Shown here one piece after another: positions 12,755-25,040 of a stretch of DNA of 64,000 bases. This DNA is from Eledone cirrhosa (lineage: Eukaryota). Where the stretch lies: contig OZ024741.1 in the NCBI GenBank assembly GCA_964016885.1, positions 35,340,001-35,404,000 on the forward strand. The letters run 5' to 3'. The notes below the pieces were generated by a model. It worked only from the letters and a program-made list of their open reading frames with translations, did not search any database and was not told the DNA's origin. How positions within the stretch are numbered: the stretch's first letter is position 1; each line of letters opens with the position of its first letter. The position numbers and the translations under genes are program-made.

Positions 12755-15700
12755 TCAGTCTACAGGCGCATACTCAGAGCGGGCCCGTTTTGCTCGGACC
12801 AGACTCGCCACTTTCACCCACCTTTCAACAAACTTACTAGAAGACAGCACTTGCCTCTCCACCCTGATTTTCCTCTTCAAGTGAAACTTGAAAAAGTTAA
12901 TCAGGGATTGGCCGAAGAGGGAAGTGTCTGTCTTCAACCCTTTCAACCTTGTCCACCACACAATCTCTTTCGCCATAGCCACCAGGCAAATGAAAACTGC
13001 CTGCCCTTCCTCCTCTTTAAAGGAGGAAGGCGGGGCTATCTGCACAATGGACTCAGTCGATAACCGGATCCATCCTACACGCGACAGCAGCTGTTCGACA
13101 AGCTCAACGAGTGCGTGCAGGACGGTTTCGTCGCTCTGCACGCATCTCGGTCAGGCTCGGCTGACAGCACCTCCGTGCTTGTAGAGCTTATCCCGGACCG
13201 GCAACGCTCCTCTGTAGCATTGCCAGGCCAGGGATTTCTGGAAGTTATCCATAGGCCCCGGTCTGAAAGTTCTCTTGAAGAGAGCGAACAGCTGATCGTC
13301 TTCGACGCCCAGGGTCTCGCCGAGAACGTCGTCGCTCTTTCCCTCCACTAGCCCTCTATAGAACGCCGAGGTGGATGTTCCACCGATACTAGTGCCCAGC
13401 TGGTAGAGGGCGGTGAGCGCTTGGAGACATTCCAGCTTCCAAGCGCTATCCCTCGGTCTTTTCCTGACCCAAGACTGCATCTCCGTCAAGGAGACGAGCT
13501 GGGGAAAAGCGCGTCTGGCAAATGGCGACCACACCTGTTCACTGCCAAGGAAGCACCAGAGATGTCGCAACCTCAGCGCATGTTTGCGAATCATCAGCCA
13601 CGGCATGCCTAGTCCTCCACGCAACGGGTGTTGACAGCAAATGGATCGTCTGACCATGGGAGCACGTCCCTTCCACAAAAAGCGGAAGAGAAGGTGCTCC
13701 AATTTGGTCAGAGTTGTGCGGGGGCAAGGTACGACGGTCAGGCGGTAGCAGATGACGGACGCTATGTACGCATTCGCCACCTCCGCCTGACCTTTCAGAG
13801 ACAGCCTCCTCTCGGCCCATTTCTGGGTGAGAGAGGCCACCCTACTCGTCACCTCGCTCCAGTTTTTCTCCACCTGGAGGTCCGGACCGAACCAGACCCC
13901 GAGCAATTTAACTGGTCCTTCCGTCCAGGGCCCCACGACGCTTTCGGACGGCATGGACTTTCCTCTCCAGGTGCCGAGTTGCAAGCCCACCGACTTTTCC
14001 TGGTTTATCTTTGCTCCTGTCACCGCTTCGTATTCCTTGAGTGCGGTGTCGAGCATTTGGACGTGTTTGGTGCATGACACCACCACGGTGACGTCGTCGG
14101 CGTAAGCTGACATGGATCTCCCACATCCCAGTTCGCGTGGGACCCCCCTCATCGTCTCCAATTTGTCCAAACGTACTGGCTCGAGGGCCAGTACGTACAA
14201 GAGGGACGAGAGGGGGAAATCCTGACGGACCGAGCGCATGATGCTGAAAGGCTGCGACAGGTGACCATTCATCCTCACAATCGAGCAGATGTCGCTGTGC
14301 ATCGTAGCGATCCAGCCCCTAAAAACGGACCCAAAGCCGGCCGCCTCGAGGACCGCAACCAGGTACCGATGGTCGACCCTATCAAATGCTTTAGATTGAT
14401 CCAAGTTGATCAGGGCCCCACCCATTCCAGGTGCCTTAACCACCCTCTCTATGATGTATCGCATGAGATGGAGGTTGTCGTGGGTGGATTTGTCCGGGAT
14501 GACCTTGGCCAAAATCTTACGTTTAGCAGAGTTATGAGCCTGAAGTTGTCTATAACGTCCCCCTTGTTCGGGTCGTTTCTCAGCAGCGCCACCGCTCCCC
14601 GGTTCACAAAACTGGGAATGCTCCCGTTCTGCTGCCAGTTGCAGTAGACATCTGCCAAGAGGTCGCCGAACAAGTCTGGCATATACGCATAAAGCTCGTA
14701 GGGCAGACCATCCAAACCTGGCGATTTACCCCTCGTGCAGTCAGACATCGCTTCCCGTATTTCACCTGCTGCTATCGGCTTTTCGCAGTACTGCGCTGCG
14801 GTCGTCGAGAGCCGCGACAGTCCGTCGAGGTATGCACCTGAGTCCATAATCCGATCCGGCCCGCCGCCGCTCCCGAACAATTGAGAAAAGTGCTGTTGAA
14901 AAGCCGCATACATCTGTTTGTGTTCGAGCAACATGCTCGAACACAAAGACCGAATTGTGGACTTGTTGCTACGTCGCGCCTCCACCACCTGGGCCCATTG
15001 AACGGCTTTCGTCCACTCGTGTCTTAGAGCACGCGCTCTAGCTCTGATAACGCAGCCTTCATACTTTGCGTTGAAGAATTGGTCGAGTGTCAATCTCGCC
15101 GCAAGCACGTCGGTTGCGATGCCTGTCCTAAACGCCTCTTCTAGCTTTCTAACTAACTCTCCTTCTACTCTATTTTCCTCTATCACTACTCCTTTGCTAA
15201 ATCTTATCGATTCTACTCTAATAGCCCTTTTCAGGGTAAACCACCACCGGTTGTTGACGATCGCACCCATCAACGCACGCTTAACTAATTCTCTAATCCG
15301 GTCTCTGTAAGCTTTGCGCGCCGGGAACGACGCGGTCAGCTTCCAGCAGCCGGGCCTTGCCTATGGAGTCTATCTAAGTCAACTTCACAGATCACAAATT
15401 TGTGGTCCGTGTAGTCGACTACTTTAAATTGTGGACAACCTACACTAGCCTTATCTGTTTCCCTACAGAATACCCTATCTAAATACGATCTGGATGACCC
15501 GATGCGGTTTGCCCATGTCCACATTGGCACATTCGGATAATCCAGTCTATACCTGTCAGACAGTTGAAAGCGCCTGAGGCTTTTACACCCTCCTACCCTG
15601 TCTACTAGCCCCACATAATCCCAGCGTGCATCTAAGATACGGTTCCAGTCGCCCACTAACACTAAAGAGCGGGGCGTTCCAAGAAAGGTCTCTAGACGTC

Positions 15701-15987
15701 TGAAGAAATCTGGCCGTCCTGCTTTCGTTGCCGGTCACGTCCAGCACCACCGACTTACCTTCTGGGTCCAGGAAGATGGCTCGTATGGCGAGATCCAAGC
15801 CTCTCCGAAAAAGCACGGCAACCCCTCCCCCCGATCCTGGACGGCTGGGAGATGCGTATACATCGTAGCCGCCGAAGATCGGTGCGAAGGCTCGTGCTTC
15901 GGAGATTCTGGTCTCGCTGATGGCCACCACATTAAATGATGACCCCAGGCCACGTACATTTATACTACCTATTCTAAGTACAGCCAT
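12755..15987 (-). pseudogene. Tx1 ORF2 (APE endonuclease + reverse transcriptase), frameshifted
   Basis: MAVLRIGSINVRGL, ISETR, GGGVAVL, VGDWN, SYLDRV, TDHK, GKSPGLDGLPYELY, LDQSKAFDRVDH, SAYADDV, LLGVWF, RGGLGMP. Confidence 0.92.
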
Positions 15988-16019
15988 GTTGGATGAGAAA
16001 CGTGGTAAGTGAGAAAGGA

Positions 16020-17639
16020 TCACTTACCTTGATCGTGTGGTGAAGGGACAGTAGAACCGTCCCTTTGGCTGGTCATGGGTGTTTCCAAGAAGATGTCGGT
16101 GTATATCCTCTTGGTAACCGACCCTCTGGAGTCTCCAACTGCGTTGGGGAATTTTTCTTTTAACAGTTTGTAATGTTCTATTTTGATTTCAATTATGTTT
16201 ATGTTTTTCGGGAGAGTTCTTGGTGTTGGTGGAGTGTAGTAGTTTTTTTCTGTGATGTCTGTGTGTTGCTTTATATGTTGTAAGAGTTCTTTATTTGCCA
16301 TGTTTATGGCTGTGTACTTTTTTTGGGGGAGGGGTGATTTTGTTGCTGTTGGGTGTGTGTGTTTTGTTGTGTTTGCGATATTGGTGTTTTTTGGTGATGC
16401 TGGTGGTGGTGTGGTTGTTGTTGGTGGTGATGCTTGTGGTGGTGATGATAATGGTGGTGGTGTTGCTGGAAGTCGCCTTGCAGCCTTTACCCCTAATTGT
16501 CTGCCTTCGCTTTTGGAGGATGAAGCTAAGAGGTTTTTCCTTTTTTGTGTTTTGTGGCAGACCGTTTGCCACTTCCCTCCCGCCTCATACTCCATGTCGG
16601 ATTCCGTGGCAACTGGGAGGGGTATGAGCTCCACTGCTGTTGGTGGTGGTAGTGGAGCCTGCTCCGGCGATTTTACTGCCGGTGTAGCTACTGTGACTGT
16701 TGGTGTTGCCGTCACTGCTGCCGCTGCTTTAGTTGTCCGTGGCCTTGGTATGGGTGACACGGACGTTGCCCTCCTACTCACCATGGAAGGGTCTTCTGCC
16801 TCTGTTGCCTGCCCTGCTCTTGGTAGCAGCGGATCAGGCGTGGGAAGGAGTGGGGCCCTCTTCTTGGCTGTCTTCTGCGGGAAGAAGGCCCTGCGGTGAC
16901 CCTTCTGCCAACAGAGATAGCACTTTGGGCGCCTTCCTTCCACGCTTATAGGGAGTTGGAGTCCTTCTTCGGGGTCTATGATGTCTGGGATGGCCTCTAT
17001 GCACTCCTGGTCAGTCTGTAGTATCATGTGCGCAGCTGGTGGTCTTTGAAGAAATCGGTTGGAGGTTTCAGGGAACTCTATTGTCGTTTCTTGACACCAT
17101 GGCTCTTGCGACTGCCATCTCCTCCTCCATGACTAGCACTGTCTCTATATTGCGGGCCACACCTGCGAAAGAAGTGGCCCCTTTTTCAGCAGCACCATTA
17201 TTGCTGCCGCTACTGCTGCTACTGATCTTGTTGGTGCTGCTGTTGCTGTTGCTACTGCTACAAACGGTGTTGTTGGTGTTGCTGTTATCACTGTTGTAGT
17301 TGGTTGTGTTTTTGGTGCCACCGTTGTTGTTGTTTTCGGTGCAATTTGTATTGTTGCTGTTGGTGTTGTCGTTGTTTATTTTCTTGTTAGTGGTGTTAAT
17401 ATCATTGTTGCATTTGTTGTCATTTTTTCTGTTGTCTGTATTTTGACGCTGTTATTGTTGTAGTTATTGTGGTAATTTTTTCAAAATTAGTGTTCTCAGT
17501 GTTGTTGTCTGTGTTCACGTTGTTTGTGGTGGTGTTTGTTGTATGAATTTCACTAACCTTCCACTCAACTTTTACGCCGTTGTCACACGACAGCAGACAT
17601 ATTGCTGGGGGGGGGGGGGGGGGGGGGGGGCTCAGTCAT
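16020..17639 (-). pseudogene. Tx1 ORF1 (gag-like), disrupted
   Basis: VEGRRPKCYLCWQKGHRR zinc knuckle (last Cys lost), Pro/Thr-rich tail, Asn/Thr-rich N-terminal region; ends just before the ORF2 ATG. Start position is approximate. Confidence 0.7.
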
Positions 17640-17871
17640 GTTTTTTTTGTTTTTTTTAATTTTCAAAAATAAAATGTTCAAATTTTGTTCAAATATTTGG
17701 GCTCAAAGACCCAAATATTATACTTTCCCCTTCACAGGGCAAAGTCCAAGGGCTTATTATATCCCTTACACAACAACAAAAAATTTAACAACAAATAATT
17801 TTAACAGGCAAATAAAGCGACTTACTGGGAGCGAGCAAAAGACGTCCGATTAGACCAATAATAATAATAAT

Positions 17872-18048
17872 TGTTTCTTCTTTTGGCACAGGGCCAGCAA
17901 TTACCCAGTGCATTACTGGTACTTTATTTTATCGACCCCGTAAGGATGAAAGGCAAAGTTAACCTTGGCGGGATTTGAACTCAAAATGGAAAGGGCCGTA
18001 ACTCTATGCGTCAAAGCATGGCGTCCGACTCTCTACCGATACTGTCAA
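17872..18048 (-). mobile_element. tRNA-derived SINE with Deu/Nin-like central domain
   Basis: Minus strand GAGTTCAAATCCCGCC...GCCTTTCATCCTTACGGGGTCGATAAAATAAAGTACCAG; partial duplicate at ~18100-18160 and another copy at 26972-27158. Confidence 0.75.
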
Positions 18049-18161
18049 ATAATAATAATGATTTCTTTCTTTATTTATTTATTTATTTAAATAATAATAA
18101 TTGTTTCTACTTTAGGTACAAGGCCAGCAATTACCCAGTTCATTACTGGTACTTTATTTTA

Positions 18162-18512
18162 TAATAATAATAAATGGAAAATCTATCACTATAGCATCAT
18201 ATTTATTTAATTATATATATTTCTAGGATACTAATTTATAGTATGCTTTCATCAGATAAAATACAATATTTGATGTATAAGATAGTGACATACCCCCAAA
18301 ATGTTGCTATGTAATACATTTCTAATGGAATGCACGCTAATCATAAGGGGCCGGACTTGTATTCGATGCTGCTCTTACAAGAGTCCGTCCCTATTATACA
18401 TCAAATATTGTATTTTATCTGATGAAAGCATACTATAAATTAGTATCCTAGAAATATATATAGTGAAATAAATATGATGTTATAGTGATATATTTTCCAT
18501 TTATTACTATTA
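18162..18512. mobile_element. Penelope-like terminus with ~120-bp inverted arms (18162-18280 / 18394-18512)
   Basis: Arms are reverse complements and each carries a hammerhead core; the spacer recurs inverted at ~22895-22990. Confidence 0.6.
18413..18468 (+). ncRNA. Minimal type I hammerhead ribozyme (AT-rich); inverted copy at 18206-18261
   Basis: TTTTAT-CTGATGA-[aagcATACTA taaat TAGTATccta]-GAAA-TATATA-TA-GTGAAA: stem I with G-U pairs, stem II, palindromic stem III. Confidence 0.55.
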
Positions 18513-18727
18513 TTATTATTGTAATACTCCAGATAAACTTTATTTGTAGAGTGCTTCATATCTGTTATGAACATAACTCCGGAGTTTAAGAACAATGTAA
18601 ATAAAATTATGTAAATAAGATTTTTAAACGAAAATGACAGAGGTTATTAATAATAGTAAAAGTAAATAATGATGAGACATTAAATTATAGTTATAAGATT
18701 TAGGCCAGTGCATAAGTATGCGCCAAC

Positions 18728-19162
<435 letters not shown>

Positions 19163-19655
19163 TTGTCAAAATACATATTAACATTATCTCTATTAGTTTT
19201 AATTCTATCAACACTTCTATTCTTTATCATTTAATATAAAAAGCTATAGATAAAATAAGATTTCTCAATTCAATTCCCTAAAGCATATACCAACATGCTA
19301 CCAGCATTGTTGTTATACAGTAGCAGTGGAAATCTCTCTTCCTTACTTGACACCTTATATCTGTATTAATACTACCACACCAAGTCACCAGCCCTGTCCA
19401 TTATTCAACTGGTCAAATATAAATTAAAATCGGCACTCTCCAAAATTCTTAAAACCGTATTTCCTTGGAGATACGAAATATTTATACATATTGTATAAAG
19501 CTATGCTTGAAGCCAAATCCTATTACTTTTTTTATTATAAGTTGAGCCAACTTATGCAGCTTCATATGCAAATGAGATTAATCACCTCATTTACACAGAC
19601 GAGAAATGTATATATTCTCGGCTGTCTTCTAGTCCAGCAGTCGCAAGCGGTGGGA

Positions 19656-19710
19656 GGGACCGTCCTGACGAAGGCCAGTTAAGCCCTGAAATGCATAGAC
19701 GGTTGTCCCC
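19656..19710 (+). ncRNA. Type I hammerhead ribozyme
   Basis: ACCGTC-CTGACGA-AGGC cagttaa GCCCT-GAAA-TGCA-TA-GACGGT: perfect stem I, conserved core, palindromic ATGCAT stem III; stem I extends to 19634/19724. Confidence 0.82.
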
Positions 19711-19940
19711 CTTGCTTCTGCTGGCCATCACCAGAGGGCATTAGCCCCCCCCCCCCCCCCGGTGTTTGCATAGTTACGGCTTCCTAAAACCGTATTTCCT
19801 TGGAGATACGAAATATTTATACATATATATATATATATATACATGTAAAACGTAAACAGAAATAACAACACAATCGGTACAGTATATGGAAGGAATATAT
19901 TAGGTTAACGCTTGAAATAGCAGGTTTTTACGTAATAGTA

Positions 19941-19980
19941 GGTTTTAATGTTTCGGACGCTAGTCCTTCATCAGAAGAAA
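19941..19980 (-). ncRNA. Degenerate hammerhead core in another Penelope-like terminus
   Basis: CTGATGA-A-GGAC tagc GTCC-GAAAC; stems I and III pair poorly. Confidence 0.45.
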
Positions 19981-20294
19981 GAATGAAAAATAAGATAGAT
20001 TGAGGGGACGGGCGGGTTGGAATTGGAAAAATATATATATATAAACAATAAGTTAAAGACTTCGTTGATATGTAATCAACTACGTTATGTTTATAACAGA
20101 TACGAAACACTCGACAGATTATACTTATCTGGAGTATTATGATAATAATAGTAATAAACGAAAGATATAACTTTATAACATCACTATTTATTTCATTATA
20201 TATATTTCGGGGATGCAAAAATTTGTCTTTTTTCTGACCAATCTAATTACGCTATTTTTAAAAACATGAAGTGTTTAAATTAACTGTAATTATG

Positions 20295-22733
20295 TGGCGG
20301 GCCGGATCGAGGGATGGACTTTAGTGTCTACCTCGACGGACTGCCGCGGCTTTCGGCCACTGAGGCGGAGTGTTGCGAAAAGCCGATAACAACCGCTGAA
20401 GTACGGGATGCAATGACTAGTTGCACAAGGGGTAAATCGCCTGGTTTGGATGGTCTGCCCTATGAACTTTACGTACAAATGCCAAACTTGTTCGGAGGCC
20501 TCTTGGCGGACGTCTACTGCAACTGGCAACAGAACGGGAGAATTCCCAGCTCTGTGAGCCGAGGAGCGGTGGCGCTGCTGAGAAAGGATCCGAACAAGGG
20601 GGATAACATAGATAATTTTAGGCCCATAACTCTGCTAAACACAGAGTTCAAGATTTTGGCCAAGGTGCTAGCAAAGAGGTTGGCGCTTGTCGTTGGTGGT
20701 CTGGTGGGAGAGGCACAGACATGCGCCATTCCCGACAGATCCATCCACGACAACCTCAACCTCATGCGATACATCGTAGAGAGGGTAGCTAGGGAACCTG
20801 GCAAGGGTGGGTCTTTGATCAATTTAGATCAATCGAAAGCCTTCGATAGGGTCGACCATCGTTACCTAGCGGCAGTCCTGAGGGCGGCTGGCTTTGGGCC
20901 CGTCTTCAGAGGCTGGATCGCTGCCATGCACAGCGACATCTGCTCTGTAGTGAGAGTGAACGGTCACCTTTCGGAACCGTTCAACATCATGCGCTCGGTC
21001 CGCCAAGGATGTCCCCTCTCGTCCCTATTGTACGTATTGACTCTCGAGCCATTACTGCACAAACTGGAGACGTTGAGGGGGGTCCCGCGCGAACTAGGAT
21101 GCGGAAGATCCGTGTCAGCATATGCCGACGATGTCACCGTAGTGGTGTCGAACGCCAAACACATCGAGGCGATCGGCACTACACTAAGAGAATACGAAGC
21201 GGTGACAGGAGCAATGATCAACCAGGAAAAGTCAGTGGGCCTGCAGCTCGGCATCTGGAGAGGCAGGTCCATGCCGTCCAACAGCGTCGTCGGGCGCTGG
21301 ACGGACGGACCGGTTAAATTGCTAGGGGTCTGGTTCGGTCCAGACCTCCAGACGGACAAAAACTGGGACGAGGTGACGAGCAGGGTGGCTTTTCTCACCC
21401 AGAAATGGGCCGAGAGGAAGCTATCCCTGAAAGGTCGAGCGGAGGTGGCTAACGCGTACATCTCGTCCGTCATCTACTACCGCCTGACCGTCGTACCTTG
21501 TCCTAAGCCCCGCCTGACTGCGCTAGAGCGTTTGCTCTTTCGCTTCTTGTGGAAGGGACGCGCTCCGATGGTCAGGCGGTCCATCTGCTGTCAACACCCG
21601 CTACGTGGAGGGCTGGGCATGCCGTGGCTGATGATGCGCAGACACGCGCTCAGGCTACGACATCTCCACCTCTTCCTCGACGGTGATCAGGTGTGGTCGC
21701 CGTTTGCTAGACACGTTTTTCCCCAGCTCGTCTCCTTGACGGAGCTGCAGTCCTGGGTCAAGCGAAGACCGAGAGGGAGCGCTTGGAGACTGGAATGTCT
21801 TCAGGCGCTCACAGCCCTCGACCAATCGGGCAATGTGATCGGTGGAAACTCCACCTTGGCGTTCTATAGGGGATTAGTGGCGGGGAAGAGCGACGACGTA
21901 CTTGGAGAAACTCTAGGCGTCGACGAAAATCAACTAGCCAATCTCTTCGGAAGGACTTTCGGGCCGGGGCCTATGGACAACTTCCAGAAATCCCTGGCCT
22001 GGCAGTGCTACCGAGGAGCTTTGCCAGTTCGGGATAAACTCTACAGGCATGGAGGTGCCGTCAGCCGGGCATGTCCGAGATGCGCGCAGGGCGACGAAAC
22101 CGTCCTGCACGCACTCGTCCAGTGTCCGAGCATTGCTGACTTGTGGGTTTATGTCGAACACCTGCTGTCACGTGTAGGACGGATCCAGCTATCAGCTGAG
22201 TCCATCGTGAGGATTGCCCCGCCCACTTCCTTTAGCCGGGAAGGGCAGGCAGTTTTTATCTGTCTGGTGGCCATGGCGAAAGAGATAGTATGGTGGACAC
22301 GTTTGAAAGGGCTGAAGACGAGCACTTACCTCTTCGGTGATGCCCTGATTAACTTTTTCAAATTTCATTTGAAAAGGAAAATCAGGGTAGAGAGGGAAGT
22401 GCTCTCTTCCCAGCATTTTGTTGAAAGATGGGTGAGAGAAGCAAGTATGGCCCGAATGAATGGGCCTTCTCTGAGTATGTGTCTGTAAATTAAAGGTGGA
22501 AAACTGGGAGAGGGCACTTGCCCTGGTTGTCAGGGCCACTGTGGTCTTTTAATGGGCTTTCTCCACAAATGTCCCTCGGAAGTCTCCCCCCCTATTGGGG
22601 AATTTTTCTTTGTTATTTTATTTCAACCTCTGTTTTTTTTACACGCAGAAATGCCCTTTTGTACCGTCCTGTATTTCCTGTACTGTCCTTAATGTCTACT
22701 TTATGTAAACCCTTGTGGTTAATAAAGAAAACA
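20295..22733 (+). mobile_element. 5'-truncated Tx1-clade LINE, young copy
   Basis: Homologous to 12495-14870 in the opposite orientation; AATAAA then (TTA)n tail. Confidence 0.92.
20314..22488 (+). CDS. Tx1 ORF2 reverse transcriptase and C-terminal zinc finger (uninterrupted 724 aa, endonuclease missing)
   Basis: GKSPGLDGLP, NFRPITLLNTEFKILAKVLA, LDQSKAFDRVDH, SVRQGCPLS, AYADDV, CPRC..ETVLHALVQC. Confidence 0.88.
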   Translation: MDFSVYLDGLPRLSATEAECCEKPITTAEVRDAMTSCTRGKSPGLDGLPYELYVQMPNLFGGLLADVYCNWQQNGRIPSSVSRGAVALLRKDPNKGDNIDNFRPITLLNTEFKILAKVLAKRLALVVGGLVGEAQTCAIPDRSIHDNLNLMRYIVERVAREPGKGGSLINLDQSKAFDRVDHRYLAAVLRAAGFGPVFRGWIAAMHSDICSVVRVNGHLSEPFNIMRSVRQGCPLSSLLYVLTLEPLLHKLETLRGVPRELGCGRSVSAYADDVTVVVSNAKHIEAIGTTLREYEAVTGAMINQEKSVGLQLGIWRGRSMPSNSVVGRWTDGPVKLLGVWFGPDLQTDKNWDEVTSRVAFLTQKWAERKLSLKGRAEVANAYISSVIYYRLTVVPCPKPRLTALERLLFRFLWKGRAPMVRRSICCQHPLRGGLGMPWLMMRRHALRLRHLHLFLDGDQVWSPFARHVFPQLVSLTELQSWVKRRPRGSAWRLECLQALTALDQSGNVIGGNSTLAFYRGLVAGKSDDVLGETLGVDENQLANLFGRTFGPGPMDNFQKSLAWQCYRGALPVRDKLYRHGGAVSRACPRCAQGDETVLHALVQCPSIADLWVYVEHLLSRVGRIQLSAESIVRIAPPTSFSREGQAVFICLVAMAKEIVWWTRLKGLKTSTYLFGDALINFFKFHLKRKIRVEREVLSSQHFVERWVREASMARMNGPSLSMCL

Positions 22734-22792
22734 TTATTATTGTTATTATCAATATTATTATTATTATTATTATATATACATACATATTCATA

Positions 22793-22870
22793 CAGGGTGT
22801 CCCCCAAAAATGTATACACACTTTGGTTAGAATGCTGTTGAAGTGTGAATGCATATTTGGTGACACCCTG
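22793..22870. mobile_element. 78-bp Tc1/mariner-type MITE
   Basis: TA-CAGGGTGTC...GACACCCTG-TA; inverted similarity extends inward. Confidence 0.8.
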
Positions 22871-23257
22871 TATATATATATATATATATATATAATAGGG
22901 GACAGACTCTTGTAAGAGCAGCATCGAATACAAGTCCGGCCCCTTATAAATAGCCTGTATTCCATTAGAATTGTATTACATAACAACATTATTACATTAT
23001 TACTGAAGAGGTCATGCTGGTAATTGCGTGATAGCAACAATACGTAATCGTTAACAACACAGAAATATCTATTACAGTGGATTACGGATTATGAATATCT
23101 AGCCGTCGCATTTTTATTATTATTGTACGTATACTTCAATATGGATTACCTCATAGGAATTGAAAGGATACACATGACGTTGAGTGCTTGATTTTAATTA
23201 CATTTTTTTCCTTGATCGGAGTGTTGCACACTCTACCGCAGGTAGTTAACATTTTAT

Positions 23258-23277
23258 AACACACACGCGCGCGCGCG

Positions 23278-23353
<76 letters not shown>

Positions 23354-23518
23354 AATACACACACAATCACACACATACACATACACACCCACACCACAGA
23401 CCACACACACACATTCACATACACACACATAGACACCCACACCACACACACACACAAACATACACACACATACACACACACATACACACACACATACATA
23501 CACACATAGGCACCCACA

Positions 23519-23555
<37 letters not shown>

Positions 23556-24321
23556 AATACACACACAATCACACACATACACATACACACCCACACCACA
23601 GACCACACACACACATTCACATACACACACACATACACACACATAGACACCCACACCACACACACACACAAACATACACACACATACACACACACATACA
23701 TACACACATACATACACACATAGACACCCTCACCACACACACAAACATACACACACATATACACATACACACCCACACCACACCACATATTCACATACAC
23801 ACACATACACATACACACACTCCCATACACATGCCACCACACCACACACATCACACCACACACACACACACACATCACATACACATACACACACACACAC
23901 ATACACACATACACACACACATACACACACCACACCATACACACACACATACATACACACACATACACACACATACACACACACATCACATACACATACA
24001 CACACACATACACACATACACACACACATACACACACCACACCATACACACACACATACATACACACACATACACACACATACACACACCACACTATATA
24101 CACATACACACCACACCACATATACCACACCACACCACACCACACACACACGCGCACATGCACACATACACACATACACAGATACACACCCATGCCACAC
24201 ACCACACCACACACAGATACATACACAAACACACACATTCACACCACACACACACACATGCGTGCACCACACCACACCCACCCACACCACACCCACCAAC
24301 ACACACACATACACAGACCAC

Positions 24322-24352
<31 letters not shown>

Positions 24353-24360
24353 TACACACA
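23258..24360. repeat. 1.1-kb compound CA-rich microsatellite/minisatellite
   Basis: CA, CATA and CACCA units with internal block duplications. Confidence 0.95.
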
Positions 24361-24555
24361 AATGCACATTTTAGTGGCTGCAATGCACTAACTGACTATG
24401 ACAGGCAATGAAAGCAAAAAATAGATAAAGAATAGAGATTATTTTAAAAAATTCTGGTTGACATTGTTTATCTTAAAGGATTTCCTTGTAAAACAACAGC
24501 TGCAAGTATGGCCTCCAAGATAATGAACCCTTTTTTTTTTTATAGATTGTAGCCT

Positions 24556-24590
24556 TATATAAGTTACTGCAAGTCATTTGGCTTCATTAC
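24556..24590 (+). promoter_or_regulatory. Core promoter (TATA box + initiator) of the defensin-like gene
   Basis: TATATAAG at 24556; TCATT initiator-like motif with its A at 24586, 30 nt downstream; ATG at 24618. Confidence 0.6.
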
Positions 24591-24617
24591 GGAATTTGTA
24601 ACTAATTAGTCAGGATC

Positions 24618-24678
24618 ATGAGAAATTATGCCTTTGTCTTGGTTGGTCTTTTGATGTTCTCGTCTTTGCTTTGCATTG
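24618..24678 (+). CDS. Exon 1 (signal peptide) of a beta-defensin-like secreted peptide gene
   Basis: MRNYAFVLVGLLMFSSLLCI plus one G, then strong donor G|GTAAGA (phase 1); basic residue followed by a hydrophobic core. Confidence 0.78.
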
Positions 24679-24780
24679 GTAAGACTTCCTCATTTCCTAT
24701 AATAGCTCCACTGTATTTTATATTTTATGTTACTTTAATTTCATTTCCAATATTCAAGAAATATTCTTTCCTTTCCTCTT

Positions 24781-24803
24781 ACACGCACACATATGCACAC
24801 AAT

Positions 24804-24854
<51 letters not shown>

Positions 24855-25040
24855 GCACACACATAGACACACAGACACACACCGACACACACAGACACAC
24901 ACAAAGACACACACAGGCACAGAGAGAGAGAGACATGCACACACAGAGACCAGAGACACACAAACACACACACAGGCGCACAGACACATAAAAATATATA
25001 TAAATATATGTGCATATGTGTATATATATATATATATATA
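24781..25040. repeat. (CA)/(GA)/(TA) compound microsatellite
   Basis: Direct reading of the sequence. Confidence 0.9.

Larger units (their letters stand above)
12495..17855 (-). mobile_element. Tx1-clade (L1 group) LINE retaining both ends, disrupted
   Basis: 5' UTR, low-complexity ORF1 with zinc knuckle, ORF2 with APE endonuclease and RT, AATAAA then (TTA)n; (AAT)n flanks both ends. Confidence 0.9.

Noticed and set aside
24476-24485. NF-kB-like site AAGGATTTCC upstream of the peptide gene
   Set aside because: Only a partial match to GGGRNWYYCC; expected by chance.
24618-24866. 82-aa single-exon ORF
   Set aside because: Reads through a strong splice donor into microsatellite; only the first 61 nt look coding.
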